Below, piece by piece: positions 41,748 through 54,286 of a stretch of 64,000 nucleotides of DNA. The stretch is from NCBI GenBank assembly GCA_964016885.1, contig OZ024744.1:17670001-17734000 (forward strand), read 5' to 3'. The DNA comes from Eledone cirrhosa. Taxonomy: Eukaryota. The translations under genes were made by a program, and so were the position numbers. Position 1 is the first letter of the stretch, and each line of letters starts with the position of its first letter. Under the pieces are notes generated by a model. That model ran no database searches, was not told the DNA's origin, and saw only the letters and a program-made list of their open reading frames with translations.

Positions 41748-44690
41748 GGTCTCAAGGACGTATTTTGCTCGCTCCCAGTAAGTCGCTTTATTTGCCTGTT
41801 AAAATTGTTTGTTGTTAAATATTTCTTGTTGTATAAGGGATATAAGCTCTTAGACTTTGCCCTGTGAAGGGGAAAGTATAATATTTGGGACATATGACCC
41901 AAAATTTGAACTTTTTTTACATGTTAAAACATTTACGGAGAAAAAAAAAACATGGCTGAGCCACGCCCCCCAGCGATATTTCTGCTGTCGTGCCACAACG
42001 ACGTAGAAGTTGAGATGAGCGCTACAGCGAAATTAACACACATTTATAACACAAACACCACCACAAACAAGGTAAACAAAGACACCAATGATACCAATGA
42101 GAACTCTAATTTTGAAAAAAATGACTAACAACGACAACGAAAATACAGATAACAAAAAAAAATGACAAATGCAACAACAATATCAACACCACTAACATGA
42201 AAACAAATAGTGACAACACCAACAGGAACAATACCAACTGCACCGAGAACAACGGTGGCAACAAAGACAACAATGATAACAGCGACAGTGATAACAATAA
42301 CACCAACAAGAACAACGACAACAACACCCCCAACGACAACAAGAAGAACACTTTCGCTGCGGCAGCAGCAAAAAAGAGGCCATGCTTCAACAAAGATGAA
42401 AAATTGGCCCAGGCATGGAAGCTCATCAAGCAAGAGCAAACTTGCAGCAAAACGGGAGTATTCCCAGTTATGTGAGACGTGGCGTAGTGACGCTGATAAG
42501 CAAAGACGAGAACAAGAGGGACACATTAGACAATTTCAGGCCCATAACTCTGCTCAACACAGAGTTTAATATTTTGGCCAGGGTGTTAGCGAAGAGGTTG
42601 GCGCTTGTCGTCGGGGATTTGGTTGGGGAGGCGAAAATTGCGCAATCCCAACCAGGTCCATACACGACACCCTCCACCTAATGCGATACATCATAGAGAG
42701 GGTTGGGTGTAAACCTGGCTTCGGTGGGGCTCTGATCAATTTAGATCAATCGAAAGCATTCGATAGGGTCGACCATCGGTACCTGGAGGCTACCCTCAAG
42801 GCGGCTGGCTTCGGCCCCGTCTTCAGAAGCTGGATCGCTGCAATGCACAGCGGCACCTGCTCGATGGTCAAAATTAATGGCCACCTCTCGGAACCGTTTC
42901 AATGTCTCCCGATCGGTCCGTCAAGGGTGCCCTCTGTCCTCCCTTATGTACGTATTGACTCTCGAGCCTTTACTGCGGAAGCTGGAGCTGTTGCAGGGCA
43001 TCGCGCTCGAACCGGGACGCGGAAAGGCTGTGTCGGCTTATGCGGACGACATCACCGTGATGGTGTCGGACACCTCAGAAATCGAGGTGGTCGGCAACTT
43101 ATTGGAGGAATATGAAAGGTTGACGGGAGCAAAACTTAACCCGTAAAAGTCGGTGGGCTTGCAACTCGGCACCTGGAGAGGCAAGTCCATGCCGTCCAAC
43201 AGCGTCGTTAGGCGCTGGGCGGACGGACCGGTAAAGTTGCTCGGGGTTTGGTTCGGGCCAGACCTTCAGGTGGATAAGAATTGGGACGAGGTGACGGGAA
43301 GGGTAGCCAGTCTCACCCAGAAATGGGCTATCACTGAAAGGTCGGGTGGAGGTGGCGAACGCGTACAACGCATCCGTCATTTACTACCGTCTGACTGTCG
43401 TCCCTTGCCCCCGTTCGCGCCTCACCATCTTTTAGCGGCTCCTCTTCAAATTCTTGTGGAGGGGTCAGGTTCCGCTGGTGAGGTGGTCCATCTGCTGCCA
43501 GCACCCTCTACGTGGAGGGCTGGGCATGCCGTGGCTAATGATGCACAGGCACGCGCTGAAGCTGCGGCATCTCCAGATATTCTGCCTAAACGGTGAACAG
43601 GTGTGGTCGCCGTTTGTCAGACGGGCCTTTCCACAGCTCGTTTCTTTGACTGAGTTGCAGTCCTGGGTCAAGAAGAGACCGAGACTGGGTGACTGGCATC
43701 TGGAATATTGCCAGGCACTCACTGCCCTCTACCAGGCGGTCAATACGGTCAGTGTAACTTCCACTCTCGAGTTCTATAGAGGATTAGTGGTGGGAAAGTG
43801 CGATGACGCACTCGGAGAGACTCTGGGAGTCAACGAAGTCGAACTAACCAGTCTGTACCGGAGGACTTTCGAGACGGGGACGATGGATAATTTAAAAAAA
43901 TCCCTTGCTTGGCAGTGCTACCGGGGGGGGGGGGGGGTGCACTGCCTGTTCGAGATAAACTCTACAGGCACGGAAGTGCTGTCAGACGGACCCTCCCGAG
44001 ATGCGTGCAGAGCGACGAAACCGTTCTGCACGCACTCGTCCAGTGTCCGTGCATTACTGATTTGTGGAGTTATATTGAACAGCTGTTGTCGCGTGTAGAA
44101 CGGATCCGGCTATCGGCCGAGTCCATAGTGAAGATCGACCCGCCGCCTTCTTTTGGCCAGGAAGGGCAGGCAATTTTCCTCTGTCTGGTGGCAGTTGCGA
44201 AAGAGGTTGTATGGTGGACGAGGTTGAAAGGACTGAAGACAGACTCTTTTCTCTTCGGCCAATCCCTCATCAACTTTTTCAAGTTTCACTTGGAAAGGAA
44301 GGTTAGGGTGGAGAGAGAAGTGCTGCCCCGCAGTAGATTTACTGAAAGGTGGGTCAATGTGGCGAGAATGGCCCGTGTGAGTGGGCCTACTCTGGTCATG
44401 CGGCTGTAGGTAGGTAAATTTGAGGAGGAGAGGGGTGCCCTTCCAGGGTGCTCTCGAAGCGTCGGGTCGTTCAGGACTGGTGGGGTATCTGAGCGAACCC
44501 TAGGTGGTCATCCCCCCTATTAAGGAATTTTTTGTTCTTGTAATTTTATTGTTACTTTATTGTTACTTTGTTATTGTTATTCATATTGTTTACTCGATTT
44601 TTCTGTAAAACCCCACTGTCCCAGTCTTTTTTATTGTCCCCTATATGTCGGCCCTTGTGGCCAATAAATGAAATAATAATAATAATAATA
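41748..44690 (+). mobile_element. Tx1/L1-clade LINE with internal deletion (ORF1 start fused to RT near 42439)
   Basis: 5' UTR matches 54287 onward; RT motifs; (AAT)n tail. Confidence 0.9.
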
Positions 44691-44691
44691 A

Positions 44692-47600
44692 TAATTATTA
44701 TTATTATTATTCTTCTTTGAGTCTCAGTCATTGATGTTATTTAACTGGAAAGTTTGTTGAAATGAATATCAAGCCGCCACCTCCGATATTCAGGACGTAC
44801 GGAGGGTTCTTACTGTTCCCAGCAAGCATGCCTTTTGAAGTGTTCCAAAAAGCGGGGCTGGACTAATTTTCTTCAACCATCCTTGGAAACTCTTTGATAT
44901 AGTACCTAGTGCGCCTATGACAATCGGGACGACTCTGACTTCATGGCAGTTCCAAATCCTTTTTACTTCCCACTTTAAGTCCTGGTATCGGTTAATTTTC
45001 TCCCTCTCCTTTTCTTGCACCCTCGTGTCAAATGGGCAGGCTACATCTTCAATCAGGCACGACCTTTTTTCTTTGTCCAAAACCACCAGGTCAGTACTAT
45101 TGTGTTCCAGTGACTTGTCCGTCTGTATCCTAAAATCCCATAGCACCTTCACCTGATCGTTTTCTATCACCGACTCTGGTTTATGCTCATACCACTTCTC
45201 AGTGGTAAAAACAATTTACCACTTCTCAGAATGTGGTAAATTGTTTACTTTGCATAGATGTCAGTGGATCACCCTGCCTTTATGTCTCCAGCCTTTATAG
45301 TGAGTCTGGGCTAGGTGTTTACACTCGGAGACAATGTGAGCCTCAGTCTCCTCTCTCATTCCACAGATCTTACACAGTGGGCTAGCCTCCTCCTTGTAAA
45401 TATGGTGTTTCAACCACTTCGTTTTGAGGGCCTGCTCTTGCGCAGCCATTAACATTCCTTCTGTAGCCTTTTTAAGGTCTCCTCTTTTCAACCAGTTCCA
45501 TGTCTGTGGATCTCTAAATTCAGTTTTCTCAAAAAAAGTACTATGAAAGGATTTTTCAAGAAGGTTGCTCTTCCTCCTTGTTATTTCCTCCTTGCACATT
45601 CCCCTGGTCAATTGTCCCCTCCTTCAGTACAATTCTGAGCATTGGCTCCCTACTGTTAGTCACGTATTTGTGCAGGTTGTTTTTCTCCATCTGAACACAG
45701 TCCTCTATGCTGATAAGACCTGTTCAATCTTCAGATGTCCTTAAGTAGAATCTATCGACATCACTCCTCTTGTGGAACATGTTGTAGATAGTCAATAGCT
45801 TCCTAGTCTTCCTATCCATTTCTTTTTGTTCAGCAACATTCCATTTCAGAATTCCCGCACTGTACCTAATAATAGACACAGCTCGGGAATGCACTGCACT
45901 TATGACATTCCTACTGTTCAGATGTTATTTTAATACGCTCCTTACTCTCCGAATGTACTCAGATCTTATAGATTCCTTCATTTATTTGTTCTTGATGTCA
46001 TCTGCCTCCAGAACACCTAAATATTTGTATCCTTCTTCAGTCAATTTCCTTTATCATCCCACCTGTTGGTACCTGGATTCCGTTGCTTCTGTTCAATGTA
46101 CCCCTCTTCATCACAAGGACTCCACACTTATCAATACCAAATTGCATACATATATCATTTCTGAAAATACGGACAGTGTCAACAAGTACATCCAACTCCT
46201 TCTCACTCTTCCCGAAGAGTTTAAGATCGTCCACGAAGAGGAGGTGGTTGATGGTAAGCTCTCCTTTTCCCAACTTGTATTCTGGTCTCACTTTTCGCAG
46301 TATAATAGTCAAGGATATCATGGCAAGGACAAACCACAGAGGGGACAAACTATCTCCCTGGAAGATACCTCTCTTGATCTTCAGGCCTCCCAAGGATTCT
46401 CCACCCGATGTTAACTCAGTTTCCCAGGACTTCATACTTCTGCTCAACAACTGTCTGATGTTATCTGCCACCTTGAAGATCTCTAGGCTTTTGGTTATAC
46501 AAGAATGAGGTACCATGTCGAATGTCTTTTTGTAATCTATCCATCCCATGGCAAGACCTGTGTGTCTCCGCTTGCAATTCCTCATTACCATCTTTTCAAT
46601 AAGTAACTAGTCTTTTGTACCACGGGACTTCTTTCGGCATCCTTTCTGTTCGTCCGGTAACAAGTTGTTTATGTGGAGGTGATGGTAGATTTCCTCAGAC
46701 ACAATGCTTGTTAACAGTTTCCACATTATGGACAGACATGTGATAGGTCTATAGTTGGTAACATGCGGTTCTGTCTATACTGACTGACTCTGCTCTCGTA
46801 TCGCCTAATCTTTGCACTCTTTGCTACAATGCGTTGCATCAGTTCCTCTATAACAATATTTAGCTTTTTCCTCCTAGTTTTGTACTTTATTTCCAGTCTA
46901 TTTTTAGTGTCTATGTTTTGTAGTGTCCCATTCAGTAGGGACTCAAGCTTTCCAATGTCATTTCTCATTTCTTTGATTTGACCATTCAGTCGTTTCTTCC
47001 ACCAAAGTTCTGCTCTTTCTTGTTTGTTGTTTCCTCTCGTTTTTATGCCAAGTAATTTTCTCACCGCATTTGCTGTTTCTTTGAGGATATTGTTGCATTG
47101 GTGAAGGTTCCTCGCCTCAAGGTATGGGATGACTTTGTTTACCTTAACTGTTGTTTCTTTTAACTTTTTCCTGTCTACAAATCTTAGGTTCATAGGTTTC
47201 CCACTATCATTGTTCATTTCATCTACCACTAAGTTTAGGATATCAACCAAATCTTGTCCTAGCCCGTCAGCATTCATTTCCTCAATGGCCGTATCTTTGT
47301 TCCAGATGTTATTTATTTCAGCATTCAGATCATTGTCTGCTTCGGATGCTTCCTCCGTTCTCTCAACCTCTTCACCTTCATTTCCCACTGGATCGTTTGT
47401 CAGGCATACTCCACTCTCCATTTCTAACCTAATGTCTCTACTCAGTTCCTCCAGTTCCAACTCGCTTATCCAGCCATTAGTTCTTATTACCCGAGCCTGC
47501 CCGGTCAATTTTTGTTCATTTAATTTAAATAGACCAATCTCGTTCCAGATGTTATGCATCCGTTTCTTATAGCCTTTTTTCCATGGGGTTACTCTTCAGG

Positions 47601-47920
47601 TAACATTGCATAACAGTTCTATTCAATTCTTTCGTCCAGTTGGTTCTTATCCCTTTCCTTCTTCTTCTTCCTCCAATACTAGCAGTATTTGGATGACAGC
47701 CAGGTCCTTGCTGCTGGGCCACGGGGCACTTGCTGGGTGAGAGTCTGTCACATGACGTTCTAGTCTAATTTTCACCGTTATTCGAACTGTTTAGGTTCGA
47801 CATTTAAACACTCATATCGAGGATCGGTGAATGTATGGTTACATAACCACCGGTGATGTCATCACCCCCAGTGATTTCATCATCCCCGGTGATTTTAGCG
47901 TGGCACCATCACTCTGTAGA
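44692..47920 (-). mobile_element. R4/Dong-clade non-LTR retrotransposon (RT + RLE), decayed, (TAA)n tail
   Basis: WIDYKKTFDMVPH, GIFQGDSLSPL, HLLFVDDLKL, CKIC..ETEAHIVSEC, VLWDFRIQTD..DLVV..DVACP..EK..RYQDL..VPIVIGALG. Confidence 0.93.
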
Positions 47921-48324
47921 CGAACATAAATAAATAAACAAATAAATAAATAAAAACTTTAAAAAATAAACATAAATATAAGTTTCCTTGTAATGTTTGA
48001 ATGTCTGACTTAGTTTTTTTTTTTTTTTTTTTCCTTTAAGGTAGTGGTGATGGTGATGGTGCCGGCGGCGGTGTTTGTGTTGGTGGTGAAGTTATTTAGC
48101 TGTTGTTTTCTAGCTATTTTCTTTTCTGACTATAACATTTCTGGTACAAAATTAAATATTAAATATTGGAGCCCTATGCCATAATGTGATGCGTTGCCAC
48201 TTCCTGAGAGCTAAGACTGACATCTTATGTTCCATTTGTAATAAGAATTATTCTATCACAATTGTTTTAAATATGTAAAAAATCAAAAACTTACGGGAGC
48301 GATTCCATAACATTCTATCCACCA

Positions 48325-50367
48325 CATAGAGAGGTGGTTAAGTAACCTGGCACGGGTGGGGCCCTGATCAACTTGGATCAATCCAAAGCATTCGATTCGA
48401 TAGGGTCGACCTTCGGTACCTGGCGGCGGTCCTCGAGGCAGCCGGTTTCGGGCCCGTTTTCAGGGGTTGGATCGCTGCGATGTACAACGACATCTGCTCA
48501 GTTGTGAGGGTGAACGGTCACCTGTCGCAGCCGTTCAGCATCATGCGCTCAGTCCGCCAGGGTTGTCCCCTCTCGTTCCTTTTGTACGTATTGGCTCTTG
48601 AGCCGTTACTGCACAAACTTGGGGCGATGAGGGGCGTCCCATGCGAACTAGGATGCGGGAAATCCAAGTCGGCTTATGCCGACGACATCACCGTTGTGGT
48701 GTCGAGCACCAGACACGTCCAGATGCTTGGCACCGCTCTCAAGGAATACGAAGCGGTGACGGGAGCAAAGATAAACCAGGAAAAGTCGGTGGGCTTGCAG
48801 CTCGGCACCTGGAGAGGCAAGTCCATGCCGTCCGACAGCGTTGTGGGGCGTTGGACGGACTGACCGGTTAAATTGCTCGGGGTCTGGTTTGGACCGGACC
48901 CCCAGATGGAGAAAAAATGGAACGAGGTGACGAGCAAGGTGGCCTCCCTCACCCAGAAATGGGCCGAGAGGAAGCTGTCCCTGAAAGGGCGGGCGGAGGT
49001 GGCGAATGCGTACATCGCATACGTCATCTGCTACCGCCTCACCGTCGTCGCTTGCTCCAGCCCAACTCTCACCAAAATGGAGCGCCCCCTCTTCCGCTTT
49101 TTGTGGAAGGGACGCGCTCCCATGGTCAGACGATCCATCTGCTGTCAACACCCGTTGCATGGAGGACTGGGCATGCCATGGCCGATGATGCGCAAACATG
49201 CGCTGAGGCTGCGACATCTCTGGTGCTTCCTTGATAGTGAACGGGTGTGGTCGCCGTTCCCCAGGCACGTTTTCCGACAGCTCGTCTCCTTGACGGAGCT
49301 GCAGTCCTGGGTCAGAAAAAGACCGAGAGATAGCGCTTGGAAACTGGAATGTTTCCAGGCGCTCACTACCCTCTCCCAGCTGGGCACCAGTATCGGTGGA
49401 ACCACCACCTCGGCGTTCTATAGAGGACTAGTGGAGGGGAAGAGCGACGACATTCTCGGAGAGATCCTGGGCGTCGAAGAAGATCAGCTGTTTGCTCTCT
49501 TCCGGAGAACTTTCAGCCCGGGGCCTATGGATAACTTACAAATATCCCTGGCCTGGCAGTGCTACCGGGGAGCGCTGCCGGTTCGAGATAAGCTCTACAG
49601 GCACGGAAGTGCCGTCAGCCGAGCCTGTCAGAGATGCGCGCAGAGCGACGAAACAGTTGTGCACGCACTCGTTCAGTGCCCGAGCATTGCTGACTTGTGG
49701 AGCTATGTCGAACAGTTGCTGTCGCGTGTGGGACTGATCCGGTTGTCGACTGAGTCCATTGTGCATATGGTCTCGCCGTCTTCCTTCGAGGAGGAAGGGC
49801 AGGCTGTTTTCATCTGCCTGGTGGTCATGGCGAAAGAGATTGTGTGGTGGACAAGGTTAAAAGGGTTAAATACAGACACTTTCCTCTTCGGCGAATCCCT
49901 AATTAGCTTTTTCAAGTCTCACTTGAAGAGGAAAATCAGGGTGGAGAGGCAAGTGCTGCTTTCTAGCAAGTTTGTTGAAAGGTGGGTGAATATAGCGAGA
50001 ATGGTCCGAATGAACGGGACCGCTCTGAATATACGTCTGTAGTTTGAGAGATGGAAAAGTTGAGAAAGGGCGCTTGCCCTGGTGGTCAGGGTGGCCCTGG
50101 TCTTTTGTGTGGTTTTCGCCACGAGTAACCCTCGGAGGTTTCCCCCTATTGGGGAATTTTTCATTGTTTCAATTTTCATTTTTATTGTTTATATATATAT
50201 ATGTTTCTATGTCATTTTCTTTTCTTTTCTTATATAAATAATAAAAATATTTACACGTACAAAACCCACATCGTACCGTCCTGTACCGTCCTGTGCCGTC
50301 TGTAATATTTTTCTTGATGTCAGCCCTTGTGGCTAATAAAGAAATCATTATTATTGTTATTATTATT
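48325..50367 (+). mobile_element. Tx1/L1-clade LINE, 5'-truncated, best-preserved ORF2 C-terminus (48873-50042)
   Basis: RQGCPLS, AYADDIT, CQRC..ETVVHALVQC, (ATT)n tail. Confidence 0.93.
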
Positions 50368-53300
50368 GGCGACCTACGTAGTAAATCGTATCATCGTGAG
50401 CTCCACAAAGGTTTGTCATTTTCAGTTGTTTAAAATTGTCATTTATGGAAAACTGTTATTGTTAACTGTATATAAGTGCACATACATTGTTATCTGAAAA
50501 GGACATTCAAAAATATTGGGGCCTTGAGCCCAAAATTTAAACTTTTATAATTATCAAACAAATGTTTTCTTTGAAAAATCATGGACGACTCAAAGTCACA
50601 CCTTCATCACAAACTAACACCTCACACCGACACCATCATTGTAAATATTACTACGTTTGCCAACACTAAAAATATAAGAAGTAGCAATATTTTTAATTTG
50701 TCTCAGGCAGACATTCATTTCCCGCCATTACCAATGACTGCAGGTGTTAAAGCCGCCGCCAGCACCACCACCACCACAGCGACAACAGAAACAAAAGAAG
50801 AAAATAAATTAACTTGTGATATCGAAATGAATTCAACCAAAATGAACTCTTCCACACCGAACACCACTGACGCCACCACCACCACAACTGAAACTAAAAT
50901 TAATAATAACAAAAATAACGATAACAACAACAGCAACAATGACATTAAGAAAACCACCCTGAGTTTTGCCAGAGTAGCAAAACAGTGCGAAGCATTTCAG
51001 GTAACTCAGGAGGAATTATAAGAAGCCAAAAAAATGGTAAAGAAAGATGGGTACAGGGTCAGCTTCACCCCCACCTAATAAAATGGAGCATCGTCGCATA
51101 TGCACCGTGTCTTATCGAACAATTAATATAAAATCGCGCCGAGTGGAACGGGCATCCGAGGCCCAAATCCAAAAAGCTTTGGTACATGTGTGGGCAAAAA
51201 AAACCCACATCAGACGTGGGCAGAAATATGGAACCGTGGACGTGTTCTTTGATACACCACAGGAGGCTAATAGACCTCACTGACGGCAGCCACCTCACGG
51301 TAATTGTCGAGGGCAGAAGACCTAGGTGTGTCGTTTGTGGTGAAGGAACCCACCTAAGGGCTTTCTGCCCTGAGGCTAAAAGGTTGAGGCCACCTCTCTT
51401 ACCCACCCCGGTGACTCAACCATCAACACCACCAGCAGCAGAGATGGCAGCAACAACTGTAGCAGCAACAACAGAAGCAACTGTAACAGTAACAACCCCA
51501 ACAACAGTAGCAAAACCAACACCACCACCACCCAACGTGCCAGAACTAGCACCAGCGCCTACACCATCCACCACGCCACAACCAAACCAACACCTGTGGA
51601 GGATTTTCCACTCCCCGACCTATCACAACTGGAGACAGATTGTGACGACGAGGAGTGGGAAACGGTATTAGGAAAAAAGAAATAAAGAAACCAAAAAAGA
51701 AAACAATTCTCTTACCCCCCCCCCCCTCCAAAAACAAAATAAAGAGGGAAACAAATAAACTATGAAACAAAAAAGTTAGGACAGATATGCCACCATCAAC
51801 ACCAGTATCACCAACCCCATCACCACAAACACCAACACCATCACCCTCATTAACCCCAATCCCACCATCACCAACACCACAAAAGTCACCAAAATGCGAA
51901 ACAGAAACAAACCCACAACAAACGCAAACAAAACAAAACAACCAAAACGATACACACTACACAGCATTAAATTTGAACAACAACCAATTGTTACACTACA
52001 TCCAACACAACACCAGCATCACAGAAAAAGACTACATAACAACCCAAAAGTTCACACCACCTCCACACATACAAATCACTCGCATCACACAGAAAACGTA
52101 CACGACACTAAAACAAATATTCCCCAAAGACATCGGAGACTTCCGACAAGCACTCTCCAGGAGGATTTATAAGGACATCCTTCCGGAGGAGGCCACAAGC
52201 AGTGAAAAGGATGGAAAAACCATCCTTCCTCTACGTGAAGTAAGGTAAGTGGTCCTTCCCATCTTTTCCACTCCATTTCAACATGACCCCACTCAGAATA
52301 GGCAGCATAAATGCGCGTGGCTTGGGGTCATCATGGAAGCAGGACCACCTGCTCAACGACCTCAGGTCACTAAACATAGATGTAGTGGCCTTCAGCAAGA
52401 CCAGAATCACCGAAGCACGGGTCTTCGCACCGATCTTAGGCGGCTACGATGTGTACGCATCTCCCAGCCGCCCTGGATCGGGGGGAGTAGTTGCTGTGCT
52501 TTTTCGGAGAGGTTGGGATCTCGCCATACGGGCCATCTTCCTGGATCCAGAAGGTAAGTTGGTGGTGCTAGACGTGACCAGCGGAGACGGGCAAGCTTTC
52601 AGGCTAGTGGCCGTCTATGCCCCGACAGGAGCAGGGCGGCCTGATTTTTCAGGCGTCTGGAGACCTTTCTTGGAACGTCCCGCCCTTTAGTGTTAGTGGG
52701 CGACTGTAACGGGATCTTAGATGCACACTGGGACTGTGTGGGATTAGCGGATAGGGGAGGAGGGTGCAAGAGCCTCACCAACCTGCTCAGGCGTTTTGAA
52801 CTGTCTGACAGGTACCAATTGGATTTCCCGAATGCGCCAATGTGGACTTGGACAAATCGTATCGAGTCATCCAGATCATATCTAGATAGAGTATTTTGTA
52901 GGGAAATAGATAGGTCTAGCATAGGCTGTCCACAATTCAAGATAGTCAGCTACACGGACCACAAATTGGTGATCTGTGTGCTTGACTTAGATAGGCTTCA
53001 TAGACGAGGTCCTGGCTACTGGAAGCTAAACGCGTCCTTACCAGCGCGCAAGGCGTACAGAGACCGGATTAGCGAACTAGTTAAGCGGTCGTTGACGGGA
53101 TCTATCGTCAACAACAAGTGCTGGTTTGCTCTGAAAAGAGCGATTAGAATAGAGTCCATTAGATTTAGTAAGGCTTTAGCAATAGAGAAAAATAGAGCAG
53201 AGGGAGAACTAGTTAGAAAACTAGACGAGGCGCTTAGCAAAGGCATCGCGACCGACGTACTTGCGGCGAAATTGGCCCTTGACCAATTCTTCAAGGCAAA

Positions 53301-54058
53301 GCACGAAGGCTGCGTTGTCAGAGCTAGAGTGCGTGCTCTCAAATACGAGGGGTCGAAAGCCGTTCAATGGGCCCGAGTGGCGGAGGCGCGTCGTTGCAAC
53401 AAATCCACGATCCGGTCTTTGGTGGACCACGACGGGCGCACGCGGCTCGATCCCGGTCAAATGTGTAAAGCTTTCCAGCGACACTTCGCCCAGCTGTTCG
53501 GGGTCAGCGGCGGGCCGGATCGAGGGATGGACTTTAGTGTCTACCTCAATGGACTGCCGCGGCTCTCGGCCACTGAGGAGTGTTGCGAAAAGCCTATAAC
53601 AGCCGCTGAAGTACGGTAGGCAATGACTGGCTGCACAAGGGGTAAATCGCCTGGTTTGGATGGTCTGCACTATGAACTTTACGTACAGATGTCAGACTTG
53701 TTCGGAGGCCTCTTGGCGGACGTCTACTGCAACTGGCAACAGAACAGGAGAATTCCCAGCTCTGTGAGCCGAGGAGATGTAGCGCTGCTGAGAAAGGATC
53801 CGAACAAAGGGGATAACATAGATAATTTCAGGCCCATAACTCTGCTAAACACAGAGTTCAAGATTTTGGCCAAGGTGCTAGCAAAAGGTTGGCGCTTGTC
53901 GTTGGTGGTCTGGTGTGAGAGGCGCAGACGTGTTATTTTTTTGTTACATCCTCTGTTTTTGTTTTTTACACGCAGAAATGCCCATTTTTACCGTCCTGTA
54001 TTGTCCTGCACTGTCCTTAATGTCTACTTTATGTAAACCCTTGTGGTTAATAAAGAAA

Positions 54059-54096
<38 letters not shown>
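50368..54096 (+). mobile_element. Tx1/L1-clade LINE: 5' UTR, ORF1, ORF2 APE, deletion at about 53930 joining the 3' UTR
   Basis: ORF1 knuckle CVVCGEGTHLRAFC; ORF2 from 52283 (MTPLRIGSINARGL). Confidence 0.92.
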
Positions 54097-54286
54097 GGTC
54101 AGTCGATAGGCAGAATCGGTTGAGGATCGGACGCCATGCTTTGAAGCATAGAGTTACCTCCCTTTATGATCTCAGTTCAAATCCCGCCGGGGTTAACTTT
54201 GCCATTCATCCTTACGGGGTCGATAAAATGAAGTACCAGTAATGCACTGGATAATTGCTGGCCTTGTGCCCAAAGTAGAAACAATT
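54097..54286 (+). mobile_element. tRNA-derived SINE
   Basis: B box, core, tail. Confidence 0.88.
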